DNA from: Spirochaetia bacterium
Lineage (GTDB): Bacteria; Spirochaetota; Spirochaetia; UBA9216
Direction of reading: 5' to 3'
Length of the DNA: 64,000 nucleotides
Assembly (NCBI GenBank): GCA_963675665.1
Contig: OY776510.1
Coordinates: forward strand, 4,416,001 to 4,480,000
The stretch's first letter is position 1. Each line of letters starts with the position of its first letter. The notes beneath the pieces were generated by a model. It searched no databases. It worked only from the letters and a program-made list of their open reading frames with translations, and was not told where the DNA came from. Shown piece after piece: positions 40,294 to 50,334 of this stretch. The position numbers and the translations under genes are program-made.

Positions 40294-40571
40294 TACGGTG
40301 CAACTTTTTGAGTTAGACAATAGAGAATAACGTTGTCCGTGAAGACACTAGACCCTGAACTCAGTCTGTGTCCTCATGTAGTTTATATAGTGCAGTATAT
40401 AGCAGCATAAGAAGTGCTTATGCGGTAAGATTTCCATATAAGCCTTCTGGGTTTGTATAATTAAGGCGTCAGTATCGGCGTCGACAGGTTATTAATTTTA
40501 TCGACTATATAAATACTGCCCAGGTAAATAAAACTAACCAACGGGCTTGAAATCCTCCCGATGTAAAAAAG

Positions 40572-42052
40572 CTGATATGATGTGACCCTTGTCAACAGTT
40601 AAATACTTTTTCCTGCTTAACCTCCCGACATCCGGGCAGTAAGAAAGATAGAGAAGTTTATTACGCGGCGATAGACCACTCTGGTATTCGCGGATTGGTT
40701 ACCGCAGGTCAATGGGATCGTCGGGAGCTTCCTCTGTCTACGGACAAGGATAAATAAATATATTGCCTTCAGCTTTTTACAAGGATTCTCCGTTATCGCT
40801 TCCGCTTCTCTATCCATCCTTCCACCCGGATACAATTTCATTTATTCAATTCTCAGCTTAAAGCTGTTTGACCAACCATCATTCCCCAGATGAAACCAGC
40901 CAGCTCTCGTGCTACTGCAGTAACAATTTTCGGACTTGCTTTCCATCTTTGACTTATTTCTTATTGAGTCTGATTCCGGCTTTATCAGCATAGGCGATTA
41001 TTTCCAGCTCCTGCCCTTTCCGCTTTTGAGAGAGTCTTTTCGATGGCCCATAATGACGATAATGCCAACCAGCCTCAATTAGTAGCATCCTCAGACGGGA
41101 GTTGCCTGCCTTTGTGATACGCCCCTGTTTCCTCATCTCTCCACTTGAATGCTCTGAAGGGACAAGACCCATATATGCCATAAACCCCTCAGCTTTTTTG
41201 AAACGCCTAAAGTCTCCGATCTCTGCCACAAAGGTTAAAGCGGATAATGTGCTGATCCCTTTGAGGCATTTCAGCTTTGATACTCGTTCTGCATACTGGG
41301 CTTCTGTGCTGATCTCCTCAATTCGTTCGGTGATTCTTTCAATTTTTGCTTCCATCTCCAGTATGGCCGTGTAATATTCGTTGAAAACTTCCCTGTGGAT
41401 GTCCTCCTCAAAGATTAGAGTTTTCATCCACCTGTGAAAGATTCCAGTCCAGTATCTATTACTGGTAGGATACTTCTTTCCTAATCGAAGCAAGAACTGC
41501 ATCATTCGCTGTTTCTGTCTTTTTAGATCTTTCCGCATATCGTTGCACATTCTCAAATAATCTCGAACCACTTCATCTGAACGGGTTGGAATGTAAACAT
41601 TGACAATCTCCTGGTTTCTTAATGCCTTTGCCAGCAAGACTGCATCACGACTGTCTGTTTTAATCCTATCACCGGGTTTACGTGGAAGCATTGAGGGCGC
41701 GGCAACATAGCAGGATATTTCCATCTCTTCAAGCTGTCTGTAAAGTGTAAAACCGGTTGGGTCTGCTTCGTAACAGCAAATGATATTGGCTGATCTATCT
41801 TTCAGCTTTGTGAAGTACTTTTTGATTCCACCAGGTTCATTTCTGATCTGTCTTTCAAACTCGATGGTTCGGCTATTGTCTCTGATGACCGCTAAAGAGA
41901 TAGTTTCTTTGTGGACATCCATTCCAACATAAAATAAACTGTTCATTGTGACCTCCGTTGATTTGTATGTGGCGTGCTTGCATTTAGGTGTAATTTATTA
42001 TGCGGGCTAATCTACGATATTGCAAACACGGGGGTCACTTCATATTGTCTAC
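40572..42052 (-). mobile_element. IS110-family (IS1111-group) element
   Basis: Subterminal IRs ATATGATGTGACCC (40575-40588) and GGGTCACTTCATAT (42032-42045); long 3' non-coding region. Confidence 0.8.
40870..41946 (-). pseudogene. IS110 DEDD recombinase with C-terminal frameshift
   Basis: GMDVHK, YEA, KTDSRDA, GLVPSEHSSG; ORF stops at 40954, and the terminal VTAVARELAGFIW lies in another frame. Confidence 0.82.
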
Positions 42053-42388
42053 GGGACGCGCATCAATTGACTCATTCAACACTGCCGTGAGTCTGAACAG
42101 GGTAGTCTGCCAGTCTGAACGAATCAGCGGATACATTTTTCCGGTATTGTCCAATTTATGCCGATCGGAATCCCAAACGGAGTCTGAAGAATCACTTTTC
42201 AAGCAATTATCCCGACCGGGAATCCGGATAAGCGTATACAGAATTCAACCTGATTTTTATTAAACAAAAATGATTTCAATACATTATATTACCACCTAAA
42301 TCGATTCGTGGTAAGAAGAAATCATGGGCAAATGACTCTATAACAACAATTACAGATAATACTATTATTTATGTCGAACTGGTAATCT

Positions 42389-43885
42389 TCAGATAGATTC
42401 AGAAACTTTCTGAAAATGATACCCGTATACGGCCATTGTCAAAGCTGTGCCGATATATTCCGGATATCTATACAAGGTATGACCGAACAACTGCCAGAAA
42501 TAGCGTTTCCCGTCTTTTCTGAAGATTCCCAGACGAAAAATAGTGAGAAACAAAGTCCTGATGCTGAGGAAGGTTGTTTTGTTCACGGAAAGCCGCGGAG
42601 GATTATATTCGCTTAAAAAGGTTTTAATCCTCTCAAAATATGCTTTCGGAGAATAGATCGTTCTTACAAGGCTTTTATATCCGTTCCTGAGTTTTTCTGC
42701 ATCCATTTTCGGTATAAAGTTTAAACTGCCGTCTGTATTATCTCCGGTGAATCCTTTGAGTATGCGGTTATCCGCATCGAGTCTTTTATACAGCTTTGTG
42801 CCCAGCGGGGCATTTAACAAGCCGACCATTGCGGTAACGATTCCGCTTTTACGGATAAAGCTCGCCTGACTTTCAAAGACATCTTCAGTGTCATTGTCGA
42901 AACCTACAATAAAGCCGCCCATTATGTTGAATCCCTTCCGCTGCATTGTCTTAACCGACTCCACCATGTCTCTTTTCCGGTTTTGAGTTTTACCGCACTC
43001 GCTCAGGCTTAAATCTTCAGGCGACTCAATTCCGACAAAGCATGAATGAAAACCAGACTGGACCATCAGCTCCATCAGAACATCATCATCCACCAAATTT
43101 ATTGAAACCTCGGTCGTAAATGTAAACGGGTAATTACGTTCCTTCTGCCATGCGATTAGTGCAGGGAGCAGTTCTGTTTTCAGTCGTTTTTTATTGCCGA
43201 TAAAATTATCATCTACTATAAAAACAGAACCCTTCCATTTTGCAGCATAGAGGGATTCCAGCTCTGCAATAAACTGTTCGGTCTGTTTTACCCTGGTTTT
43301 TCCCCCGTAAAGGGCAGTGATGCTGCAGAAGTCGCAGTTGAACGGGCAGCCCCGGGAATACTGGATGTCCATGCTTGCGTAATCTTTCGTCCTGATTAGA
43401 CTCCAGTCGGGAGCCGGAGTCTGCGACAGATCTGCATAATCATCGGAAGAATAAATTCCTGAAACCTTACCTTCGGCCAGATCCGCCAGAAACGGAGCCA
43501 GTGTGAGTTCCGCCTCATTAAGGATCAGATAATCAATTCCGGAAAAATTTTCGGGATCCTGTGTTACCATCGGTCCTCCGGCAGCAACCTTTACCCCAAG
43601 AGACCTGCACTTGTCTACAGCCTTCATGAAAGATTCTTTCTGGATGTCCATACCGCTGATAAAAACAATGTCGGCCCATAAAATGTCCTTTGAGGATAAT
43701 CCGCTTACATTGAGGTCAACCAGCTTTTTCTCCCAGGAAGACGGAAGCATCGATGCAACAGTCAGCAGTCCCAGAGGCGGCTCTGAAGCCTTCTTTGCAA
43801 CAAACCCGAGCACATGTTTAAAGCTCCAGAATGTAACCGGGAATTCAGGATATATAAATAATATTTTCATTTTAGAATTCTCCAT
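42389..43885 (-). CDS. B12-binding radical SAM protein (DUF4070 / HpnP-like methyltransferase family)
   Basis: TFWSF, PPLGLLTVA, GGP, RGCPFNCDFC, GFIVGFDND. Confidence 0.9.
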   Translation of the reverse strand: MENSKMKILFIYPEFPVTFWSFKHVLGFVAKKASEPPLGLLTVASMLPSSWEKKLVDLNVSGLSSKDILWADIVFISGMDIQKESFMKAVDKCRSLGVKVAAGGPMVTQDPENFSGIDYLILNEAELTLAPFLADLAEGKVSGIYSSDDYADLSQTPAPDWSLIRTKDYASMDIQYSRGCPFNCDFCSITALYGGKTRVKQTEQFIAELESLYAAKWKGSVFIVDDNFIGNKKRLKTELLPALIAWQKERNYPFTFTTEVSINLVDDDVLMELMVQSGFHSCFVGIESPEDLSLSECGKTQNRKRDMVESVKTMQRKGFNIMGGFIVGFDNDTEDVFESQASFIRKSGIVTAMVGLLNAPLGTKLYKRLDADNRILKGFTGDNTDGSLNFIPKMDAEKLRNGYKSLVRTIYSPKAYFERIKTFLSEYNPPRLSVNKTTFLSIRTLFLTIFRLGIFRKDGKRYFWQLFGHTLYRYPEYIGTALTMAVYGYHFQKVSESI

Positions 43886-43957
43886 AATTGATCTGTGTTA
43901 TATTTTGATAGTAACATAAAGGGGAAACTGGTTGTGTAAAAGAAGTGTAAAAGCCAT

Positions 43958-44935
43958 ATGAGACTGAGCAAAGGGAAGAAATATCTTCAGCATTCAATAA
44001 CTCTCTTTATAATCATTCAGCTCTCGTGCTTTGCCCTGCTCGGTTTCTGGATTTACTGGTTCGTGTCTAATAATGCTGTTTATACAAAGCTTGCAAACCT
44101 GATTAACCCTGATCTGCTGCTTCATAATAACGGCACAATACTTTTTATATACGGATTAATCCTGATTACTCTCATTTCAACAGGGCTGATTTTCATCTTC
44201 ATACGTCTGATAAGACAGACAATTGCTAATCGAATTTACGACGGATTTATAGCGAATGTGACTCATGAATTAAAATCACCATTGGCATCCATTCAGCTCG
44301 GAATTGAAACACTCCAGAAACACCGGCTGCCGGAAGAGAAGAGTACCGAGTTTCTTGAACGCATGGCGTTGGATATCCGGCGGCTGGACGGACTCATAGG
44401 TTCAATTCTTGAAATATCGATTATTGACAGCAAGGCTGCATTCTTTGAACCCGTGGTCATTCCAGCCGATAGTTCGGTTAAAAAGCTCATTAGAAATCTC
44501 GCAGACAAGTTCGGAATCGAAAGCAACGGCATCCTGATAAAAGGAAAGACGTCATGCAATATAAAGATTGATCCGGCTGGTCTTGAGACGGTTCTCAGCA
44601 ATTTAATTGATAACTCAGTTAAATATTCCGACGGCCCGGTTAAGATAAAAATTAAACTGGAATATTTTAATAAAAAATTCCTGTTAACATTTGAAGATGA
44701 AGGAATAGGAATCGCCGATGGAGACCGGAAGAAGGTTTTCAATAAATTTACGAGGTTGAAAAGACCCGACAGCCCTTCTGTAAAGGGCACTGGCATCGGT
44801 CTTTACTGGTGTAGACAGATATTAAAAATCCATAAAGGCAAAATTCAAATTGAGAAAAGTAAAAGGAAGCAAGGGACGACCTTCAAAATAGAACTGCCGG
44901 CAACCAGGATGCGGTATCATCAAGAGGAGAGTTGA
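43958..44935 (+). CDS. Sensor histidine kinase
   Basis: Two TM segments; THELKSPL; NL.DNSVKY; DEGIG; GTGIGL. Confidence 0.93.
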   Translation: MRLSKGKKYLQHSITLFIIIQLSCFALLGFWIYWFVSNNAVYTKLANLINPDLLLHNNGTILFIYGLILITLISTGLIFIFIRLIRQTIANRIYDGFIANVTHELKSPLASIQLGIETLQKHRLPEEKSTEFLERMALDIRRLDGLIGSILEISIIDSKAAFFEPVVIPADSSVKKLIRNLADKFGIESNGILIKGKTSCNIKIDPAGLETVLSNLIDNSVKYSDGPVKIKIKLEYFNKKFLLTFEDEGIGIADGDRKKVFNKFTRLKRPDSPSVKGTGIGLYWCRQILKIHKGKIQIEKSKRKQGTTFKIELPATRMRYHQEES

Positions 44936-44941
44936 TTTAAA

Positions 44942-45655
44942 TTGAGTACACAGAAATTTAATTATAATATTCTCCTGGTTGAAGATGAAGAAAGCCTCGC
45001 CGCCGGACTTGAATTTAATCTTGAGGCTGAGGGCTATAGCGTAGCCCGTGCGGAAAACGGCAGAAAAGCACTGGAGTTTTTACAACAGAGCGATGCCGAT
45101 CTGGTTATTCTCGATATTATGCTGCCTTTTCTCAACGGATTTGAAGTCCTGAAAAAAATCAGAGAACAGTCTCCGGCTTTGCCGGTGCTTCTTCTCTCAG
45201 CAAGGACTGCACAGCAGGATAAGGTAAAAGGACTTTCTATGGGTGCGAACGATTATCTCACCAAACCGTTCCACCTTGAAGAATTACTGCTCAGAGTCGA
45301 AGGGATGCTTCGCAGGAACGCCTGGTACAGGGACTCCCTCGAGAGGAATTCAGAATACTGTTTCAGCGGCAATCAGGTTGATTTTAAAAACCTGACCTGC
45401 AAATCCCGGAACGGTTCCTTTAGGCTGACTCCTCTCGAAGGGGCGCTCCTTAAATATTTTGTCGATCATGAGGCCCAGATTATTACGAGGGAGGAACTGC
45501 TGGACAGGGTCTGGCAGATAGATTCCGACACAGACACAAGAACCGTTGATAATTTCATCATGAGATTAAGAAAATATTTCGAAGAGGAGCCTTCGTCACC
45601 CGTTTTTTTCAGGAATGTCAGGGCAAGAGGATATATTTTTAATTCGGGGAATTAA
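44942..45655 (+). CDS. OmpR-family response regulator
   Basis: LLVEDE, LDIMLP, KPF, winged helix RTVDNFIMRLR. Confidence 0.94.
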   Translation: MSTQKFNYNILLVEDEESLAAGLEFNLEAEGYSVARAENGRKALEFLQQSDADLVILDIMLPFLNGFEVLKKIREQSPALPVLLLSARTAQQDKVKGLSMGANDYLTKPFHLEELLLRVEGMLRRNAWYRDSLERNSEYCFSGNQVDFKNLTCKSRNGSFRLTPLEGALLKYFVDHEAQIITREELLDRVWQIDSDTDTRTVDNFIMRLRKYFEEEPSSPVFFRNVRARGYIFNSGN

Positions 45656-45668
45656 TAATCTCTGTTTT

Positions 45669-46565
45669 TCAACTATAGTAGCGTTCCGGATACAGCCTGT
45701 TAAAGATAAGCCATGCCCGTACGTCAATACGAGTCATTGCATATGCTAAGACAGGAACAATACAACCGCAAGATGAACAGTCAACCCCTTCACCGAGAAC
45801 ACAGGGTTCTTTCCGTTGTAATTGGGCATTATAGGAGACAACATTCTTTTCGTTCCGTAAATAACATGTTTTATAGAATTTTTTCGACTTAAATAATTTT
45901 ATTATGCCCGGTGAGAGCAATACAATATCCTTATTGCTTCTCCAGCTTTCTGTGAGTTGTTTAACAGTCCATTCAAGCTCATCCCTCTGTAAAAAGAGAG
46001 GATCATTTTGTACATGATGAGATGCATAAGTACTGAAAGTGATGCCGTCGACATCCGATTCCCGGGCAATCTTAACCAGTTCGTCAATATAACGGTAATT
46101 AGTCGTGGATAGTGTCGGCGTCAGCACAACACGTTTATCACCCTGAATATTTTTTATTACCGTGTCAAAAACCTTACGCCCACGAATCTTGTCATGAATC
46201 TCGGCGGGGCCGTCCAGACTAATAAACAAACGAGCCTGAATATCTTCCGGTATGGGAATAGTGCCGTTTGAGACAACGGTTAAATTATCAAATATCTGAT
46301 AGGCGGATCTGATCACCTCCGGGCGAATCGACGGCTCTCCTCCCGTAAGCATCACGCTCTTCACACCTTTTTTATAATAATCTAAAAATATTTTTTCCCA
46401 TTCGCCGTCGGACAATTCCTTTTCCGGGTTGTAGCTTTTACGCCAATAGCAATGTTCGCACAAAAGGTTGCATTTTGACGTAATATCGAAATTAACGATA
46501 TTGGGATATTCTTTCTTTTTTATGGATCCTCTCAAAAAATTAATTAATCGAACAGCTTTTGACAT
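45669..46565 (-). CDS. Radical SAM protein
   Basis: CNLLCEHC; TGGEP; ISLDG; C-terminal Cys cluster. Confidence 0.85.
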   Translation of the reverse strand: MSKAVRLINFLRGSIKKKEYPNIVNFDITSKCNLLCEHCYWRKSYNPEKELSDGEWEKIFLDYYKKGVKSVMLTGGEPSIRPEVIRSAYQIFDNLTVVSNGTIPIPEDIQARLFISLDGPAEIHDKIRGRKVFDTVIKNIQGDKRVVLTPTLSTTNYRYIDELVKIARESDVDGITFSTYASHHVQNDPLFLQRDELEWTVKQLTESWRSNKDIVLLSPGIIKLFKSKKFYKTCYLRNEKNVVSYNAQLQRKEPCVLGEGVDCSSCGCIVPVLAYAMTRIDVRAWLIFNRLYPERYYS

Positions 46566-46809
46566 GTACCGGCCTCTGTAAATAGTTTTGATCTGATAAC
46601 AAACTGTTGCATCGGGAAAAAGATTCACCTGTAAGATTCGCGGCTCAGTTACAGAAAAAGCAGTTCCAGGACTGAAGGTATATCATATTGATTTTTGTTA
46701 TTCAGATAAGAGATAGTAATTCTATTATAGGGGAAAGTAAAGTATCTCTATATGCAATCTTAATGCTAATTTACTATAATGAATGTATGAAAAAGAAATA
46801 ATTAAATCA

Positions 46810-47000
46810 ATTCGATATAAGAAAAGCAGATATCTTCGCACATTACGGCGGCGAGGAATTCGCCACCGTAATGCCTGAGACCAACATTCAAGAAGCCGCC
46901 AATGTCGCAAAAAGGGACAGAAAAAACTGTATTAAAACAGAAAACAGCGGAGAATAAAGAGTTTATCTTCAGGAACAGAGCATTCCATAATTTAACTGCA
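46810..47000 (+). pseudogene. GGDEF-domain fragment
   Basis: IRKADIFAHYGGEEFATVMPET, with no start or N-terminus. Confidence 0.6.
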
Positions 47001-47107
47001 TAAAAAACAGGCGAATGGCAATAAAGTTTCGTTTTAATTATTTTATCAATATTTATAACAGTACTGCTATCTTGTTTATTATCACTGACAGGTCTATCAT
47101 CAGATCT

Positions 47108-49333
47108 ATGAAAAAAATTAGAATAGCCTGCATAGGCAATTATCCACCACGGCAATGCGGAATTGCATCGTTCACCAAAGACTTTATCACATCTCTCATT
47201 AAAAATAAGAAAGAAAAGAGTATTCAGGCGGAAGCCTTTGTAGTCGCTATAAATGATCAGGAGTATATATATCCTGAAGAGGTAAAGCATGTAATAAATA
47301 AAAATCATGCTAAAGATTATCTTGAAGCTGTAAAGTATATTAACTTCAGTGATGCAGAAGTTTGTGTTCTGCAGCATGAATTCGGAATATTCGGAGGAAA
47401 CAGCGGAGTTTTTATCCTGCCTCTAATTCACAGACTGGAAATTCCCCTGATTGTGATATTCCATACCGTGCTGAGAGATCCCTCCTACAATGAAAAAAAT
47501 ATTGTCCGCGAGATTGGAAAACACGCGGAAAAAATAGTCGTAATGAGTAGGCTGGCTGTCGAATTTTTGACAAATATTTATGAAATACCTCTTGAAAAAA
47601 TTGATGTTATTGAACACGGTGTACCTGATTTTGATTTTACGCAAAATCTTTATTATAAAAAAAAATTCCATGTTGAAGAAAGAAAAACCCTTCTTACATT
47701 TGGTCTTTTGAGTCGAAATAAGGGAATAGAAACCGTCATTAATGCACTTCCTGACGTAGTAAAAAAACATCCGGAAGTTTTATATGTGGTACTGGGCAAA
47801 ACCCATCCGGCTGTTGTCAAATCCTCCGGAGAAGAATACAGAAACTATCTCAAGCTCCTGGTTCGGAAAAACAACCTTACGGATCATGTATATTTCGATG
47901 ATCGATTTGTAAGCACTGAAGAATTGCTTGGCTACCTCACAGCGTCCGATATTTACATTACACCATATTTAAATGAAGTCCAGATAACAAGCGGTACCCT
48001 GTCATATGCAGTAGGAGCGGGCGCCGCAGTTGTTTCGACTCCCTATTGGCATGCCAAAGAATTACTGGCGGATAATCGCGGTATTATTTTTGATTTCAAC
48101 AATTCAGATAAATTGACGGAAATACTTAATAAACTTATTGAAAATCCTGAATATCTGGGGACTTTAAGAAAATGTGCCTATCTTTACGGTAAAAATACCG
48201 TCTGGTCTGAAATAGGTAAAACGTATCTGCACCTGATAGCAAAAGCAATAGAATCTTATTCCGGAGTAGCGGATCAGCAGGAATTGATAATTAATCCTTT
48301 GCTGCTTCCGAAGTTCAACCTCGTGCATGTAAAAAAATTGACCGACGGAACCGGCATTCTTCAACATTCGCTCTACAATATACCCAGATTCAGAGACGGA
48401 TATTGCCTTGATGACAATGCACGGGCTTTGCTGATGGCAATTATGGTTTATAGCCAGATGAAAGAGATTGAAGTTCTGGATTTAATGTCGAATTATTTAA
48501 GTTATATTCAATATATGCAGAATGAGGACGGCACATTCAGAAATTTTTTGAGTTTCGAAAGAAGCTTTCTCGATGAAAAAGGTTCTGAGGATTCTTTCGG
48601 ACGTACTATATGGGCAATCGGGGAGCTTGTAAAAAATCCTCCGAATGAAGCTTACTTTGAATTGGGCAAGGAAATGTTCATGAAAGCTTCATCAGGTTTT
48701 AAAAAATTAACTTCAATAAGGGGAATCGCAAATACAGTCGTCGGGATCTGCGCGTGGATGAACAGATTTCCCTGGGATGAAGATATGGCTGAAATACTAA
48801 ACTCTCTGACTGCTAAAATTGTTACCATGTACGAAAAAGAAAAGACCGGAGACTGGCTCTGGTTCGAGCCAGGTTTATCATATGATAATGGAATTATTCC
48901 TTTTGCACTTTTTCATTCTTTCAGAATAACCGGAAATGAAAAGGTTTTAAGCGTCGCAATGGAAACAATGGACTTTCTGGAAGAGATCGTTTTCAGGGAA
49001 GGTTACCTTTCTCTTGTAGGATCAGAAGAATGGTATAATATCGGCGGCATCAGATCAAAATACGATCAACAGCCTATTGATGCAATGGCTATGGTATTAA
49101 TGTACTCTCAGGCCTTTGAAGTTACTCTGGACAACCAATATTTAAGAAAGATGTTTGATTCATTCATGTGGTTTTTAGGCGAAAACGATCTTCGTATTCC
49201 TATATATGATTTTGAAACCCACGGTTGCAACGACGGACTGAAAAGCAACGGAGTTAACAGGAATCAGGGGGCCGAGAGTATTCTCGCATTTTTAATTGCC
49301 CACCTGACAATTCTTTCAGGCACAAGACTGTGA
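47108..49333 (+). CDS. GT4 glycosyltransferase fused to a C-terminal glycosidase-like helical domain
   Basis: YPPRQCGIA; QHEFGIFGG; TSGTLSYA; GYCLDDNARAL; N.NQGAES. Confidence 0.88.
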   Translation: MKKIRIACIGNYPPRQCGIASFTKDFITSLIKNKKEKSIQAEAFVVAINDQEYIYPEEVKHVINKNHAKDYLEAVKYINFSDAEVCVLQHEFGIFGGNSGVFILPLIHRLEIPLIVIFHTVLRDPSYNEKNIVREIGKHAEKIVVMSRLAVEFLTNIYEIPLEKIDVIEHGVPDFDFTQNLYYKKKFHVEERKTLLTFGLLSRNKGIETVINALPDVVKKHPEVLYVVLGKTHPAVVKSSGEEYRNYLKLLVRKNNLTDHVYFDDRFVSTEELLGYLTASDIYITPYLNEVQITSGTLSYAVGAGAAVVSTPYWHAKELLADNRGIIFDFNNSDKLTEILNKLIENPEYLGTLRKCAYLYGKNTVWSEIGKTYLHLIAKAIESYSGVADQQELIINPLLLPKFNLVHVKKLTDGTGILQHSLYNIPRFRDGYCLDDNARALLMAIMVYSQMKEIEVLDLMSNYLSYIQYMQNEDGTFRNFLSFERSFLDEKGSEDSFGRTIWAIGELVKNPPNEAYFELGKEMFMKASSGFKKLTSIRGIANTVVGICAWMNRFPWDEDMAEILNSLTAKIVTMYEKEKTGDWLWFEPGLSYDNGIIPFALFHSFRITGNEKVLSVAMETMDFLEEIVFREGYLSLVGSEEWYNIGGIRSKYDQQPIDAMAMVLMYSQAFEVTLDNQYLRKMFDSFMWFLGENDLRIPIYDFETHGCNDGLKSNGVNRNQGAESILAFLIAHLTILSGTRL

Positions 49334-50334
49334 AAATCGCCGTTCTGGCCCCAATCTGCTGGAGAACTCCGCCCAGGCATTACGGTCCCTGGGAACAGGT
49401 CGCGTCGAATATCGCCGAAGGACTTATTAAAAAGGGTCATGAGGTTACTCTCTTTGCAACCGGAGATTCCATAACATCAGGGAAACTTTCATCGGTTTGC
49501 GGACATCCGTATGAAGAAGATAAAACCCTTGATCCGAAGGTATGGGAATGTCTCCACATCGCGAACCTGATGGAACATGCAGGAGAATTTGACATCATAC
49601 ATAACAATTATGATTTTTTGCCGCTGTCATACTCCAGGCTGATTAACACACCGATGATTACAACTATTCACGGATTTTCTTCTCCGAAGATTATTCCTGT
49701 ATATAAAAAATATAACGATTCAAGTTTTTATGTATCAATAAGCAATTCTGACAGAAGCCCTGAACTTGATTATCTCGCGACTGTATATAACGGTTTGAAA
49801 ACAGATGATTTCTCATTCAGTGAAAAAGCCGGAGACTATTTGCTTTATTTCGGAAGAATTCACCGTGATAAAGGCACTTACGAAGCTATAAAAATAGCGG
49901 AAAAATTCGGCATGAAACTAATTATTTCCGGAATTATTCAGGACCGGGAATATTTTAAAGAATGTGTAGAGCCCTTTTTACGCGAAGACATTGTTTTTAC
50001 CGGTAACTCCGGGCCTGAAAAAAGGAATGAACTTCTTGGCGGGGCCTACGCACTGCTTCATCCCATCAGTTTCAATGAACCCTTCGGTATGAGCGTCGCT
50101 GAATCATTGTTATGCGGAACACCAGTTGTTGCCTTTAACAAGGGATCTATGCCTGAATTGATAGTACACCAAAAATGCGGTTTTCTGGTGGATTCAATAA
50201 AAGAAGCCGTAAAAGCACTTGGAGATGTCGGCAAGATTGACAGGAAATTCTGTATGACCTGGGCCAAACAGAATTTCTCCCGGGAAAAGATGATACAGTC
50301 GTATATAAAACTTTATAAAACCATCCTTACTTGA
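49330..50334 (+). CDS. GT4 glycosyltransferase
   Basis: PPRHYGPWE; GRI...KG; EPFGM..AE...CGTPV. Confidence 0.92.
   Translation: MKIAVLAPICWRTPPRHYGPWEQVASNIAEGLIKKGHEVTLFATGDSITSGKLSSVCGHPYEEDKTLDPKVWECLHIANLMEHAGEFDIIHNNYDFLPLSYSRLINTPMITTIHGFSSPKIIPVYKKYNDSSFYVSISNSDRSPELDYLATVYNGLKTDDFSFSEKAGDYLLYFGRIHRDKGTYEAIKIAEKFGMKLIISGIIQDREYFKECVEPFLREDIVFTGNSGPEKRNELLGGAYALLHPISFNEPFGMSVAESLLCGTPVVAFNKGSMPELIVHQKCGFLVDSIKEAVKALGDVGKIDRKFCMTWAKQNFSREKMIQSYIKLYKTILT

Noticed and set aside
40266-40340. Complete tRNA gene
   Set aside because: Only the T-arm and 3' acceptor strand are present; no D-arm or 5' acceptor strand.
40572-42052. IS1111-attC targeting
   Set aside because: The flanks of this copy show no attC sequence.
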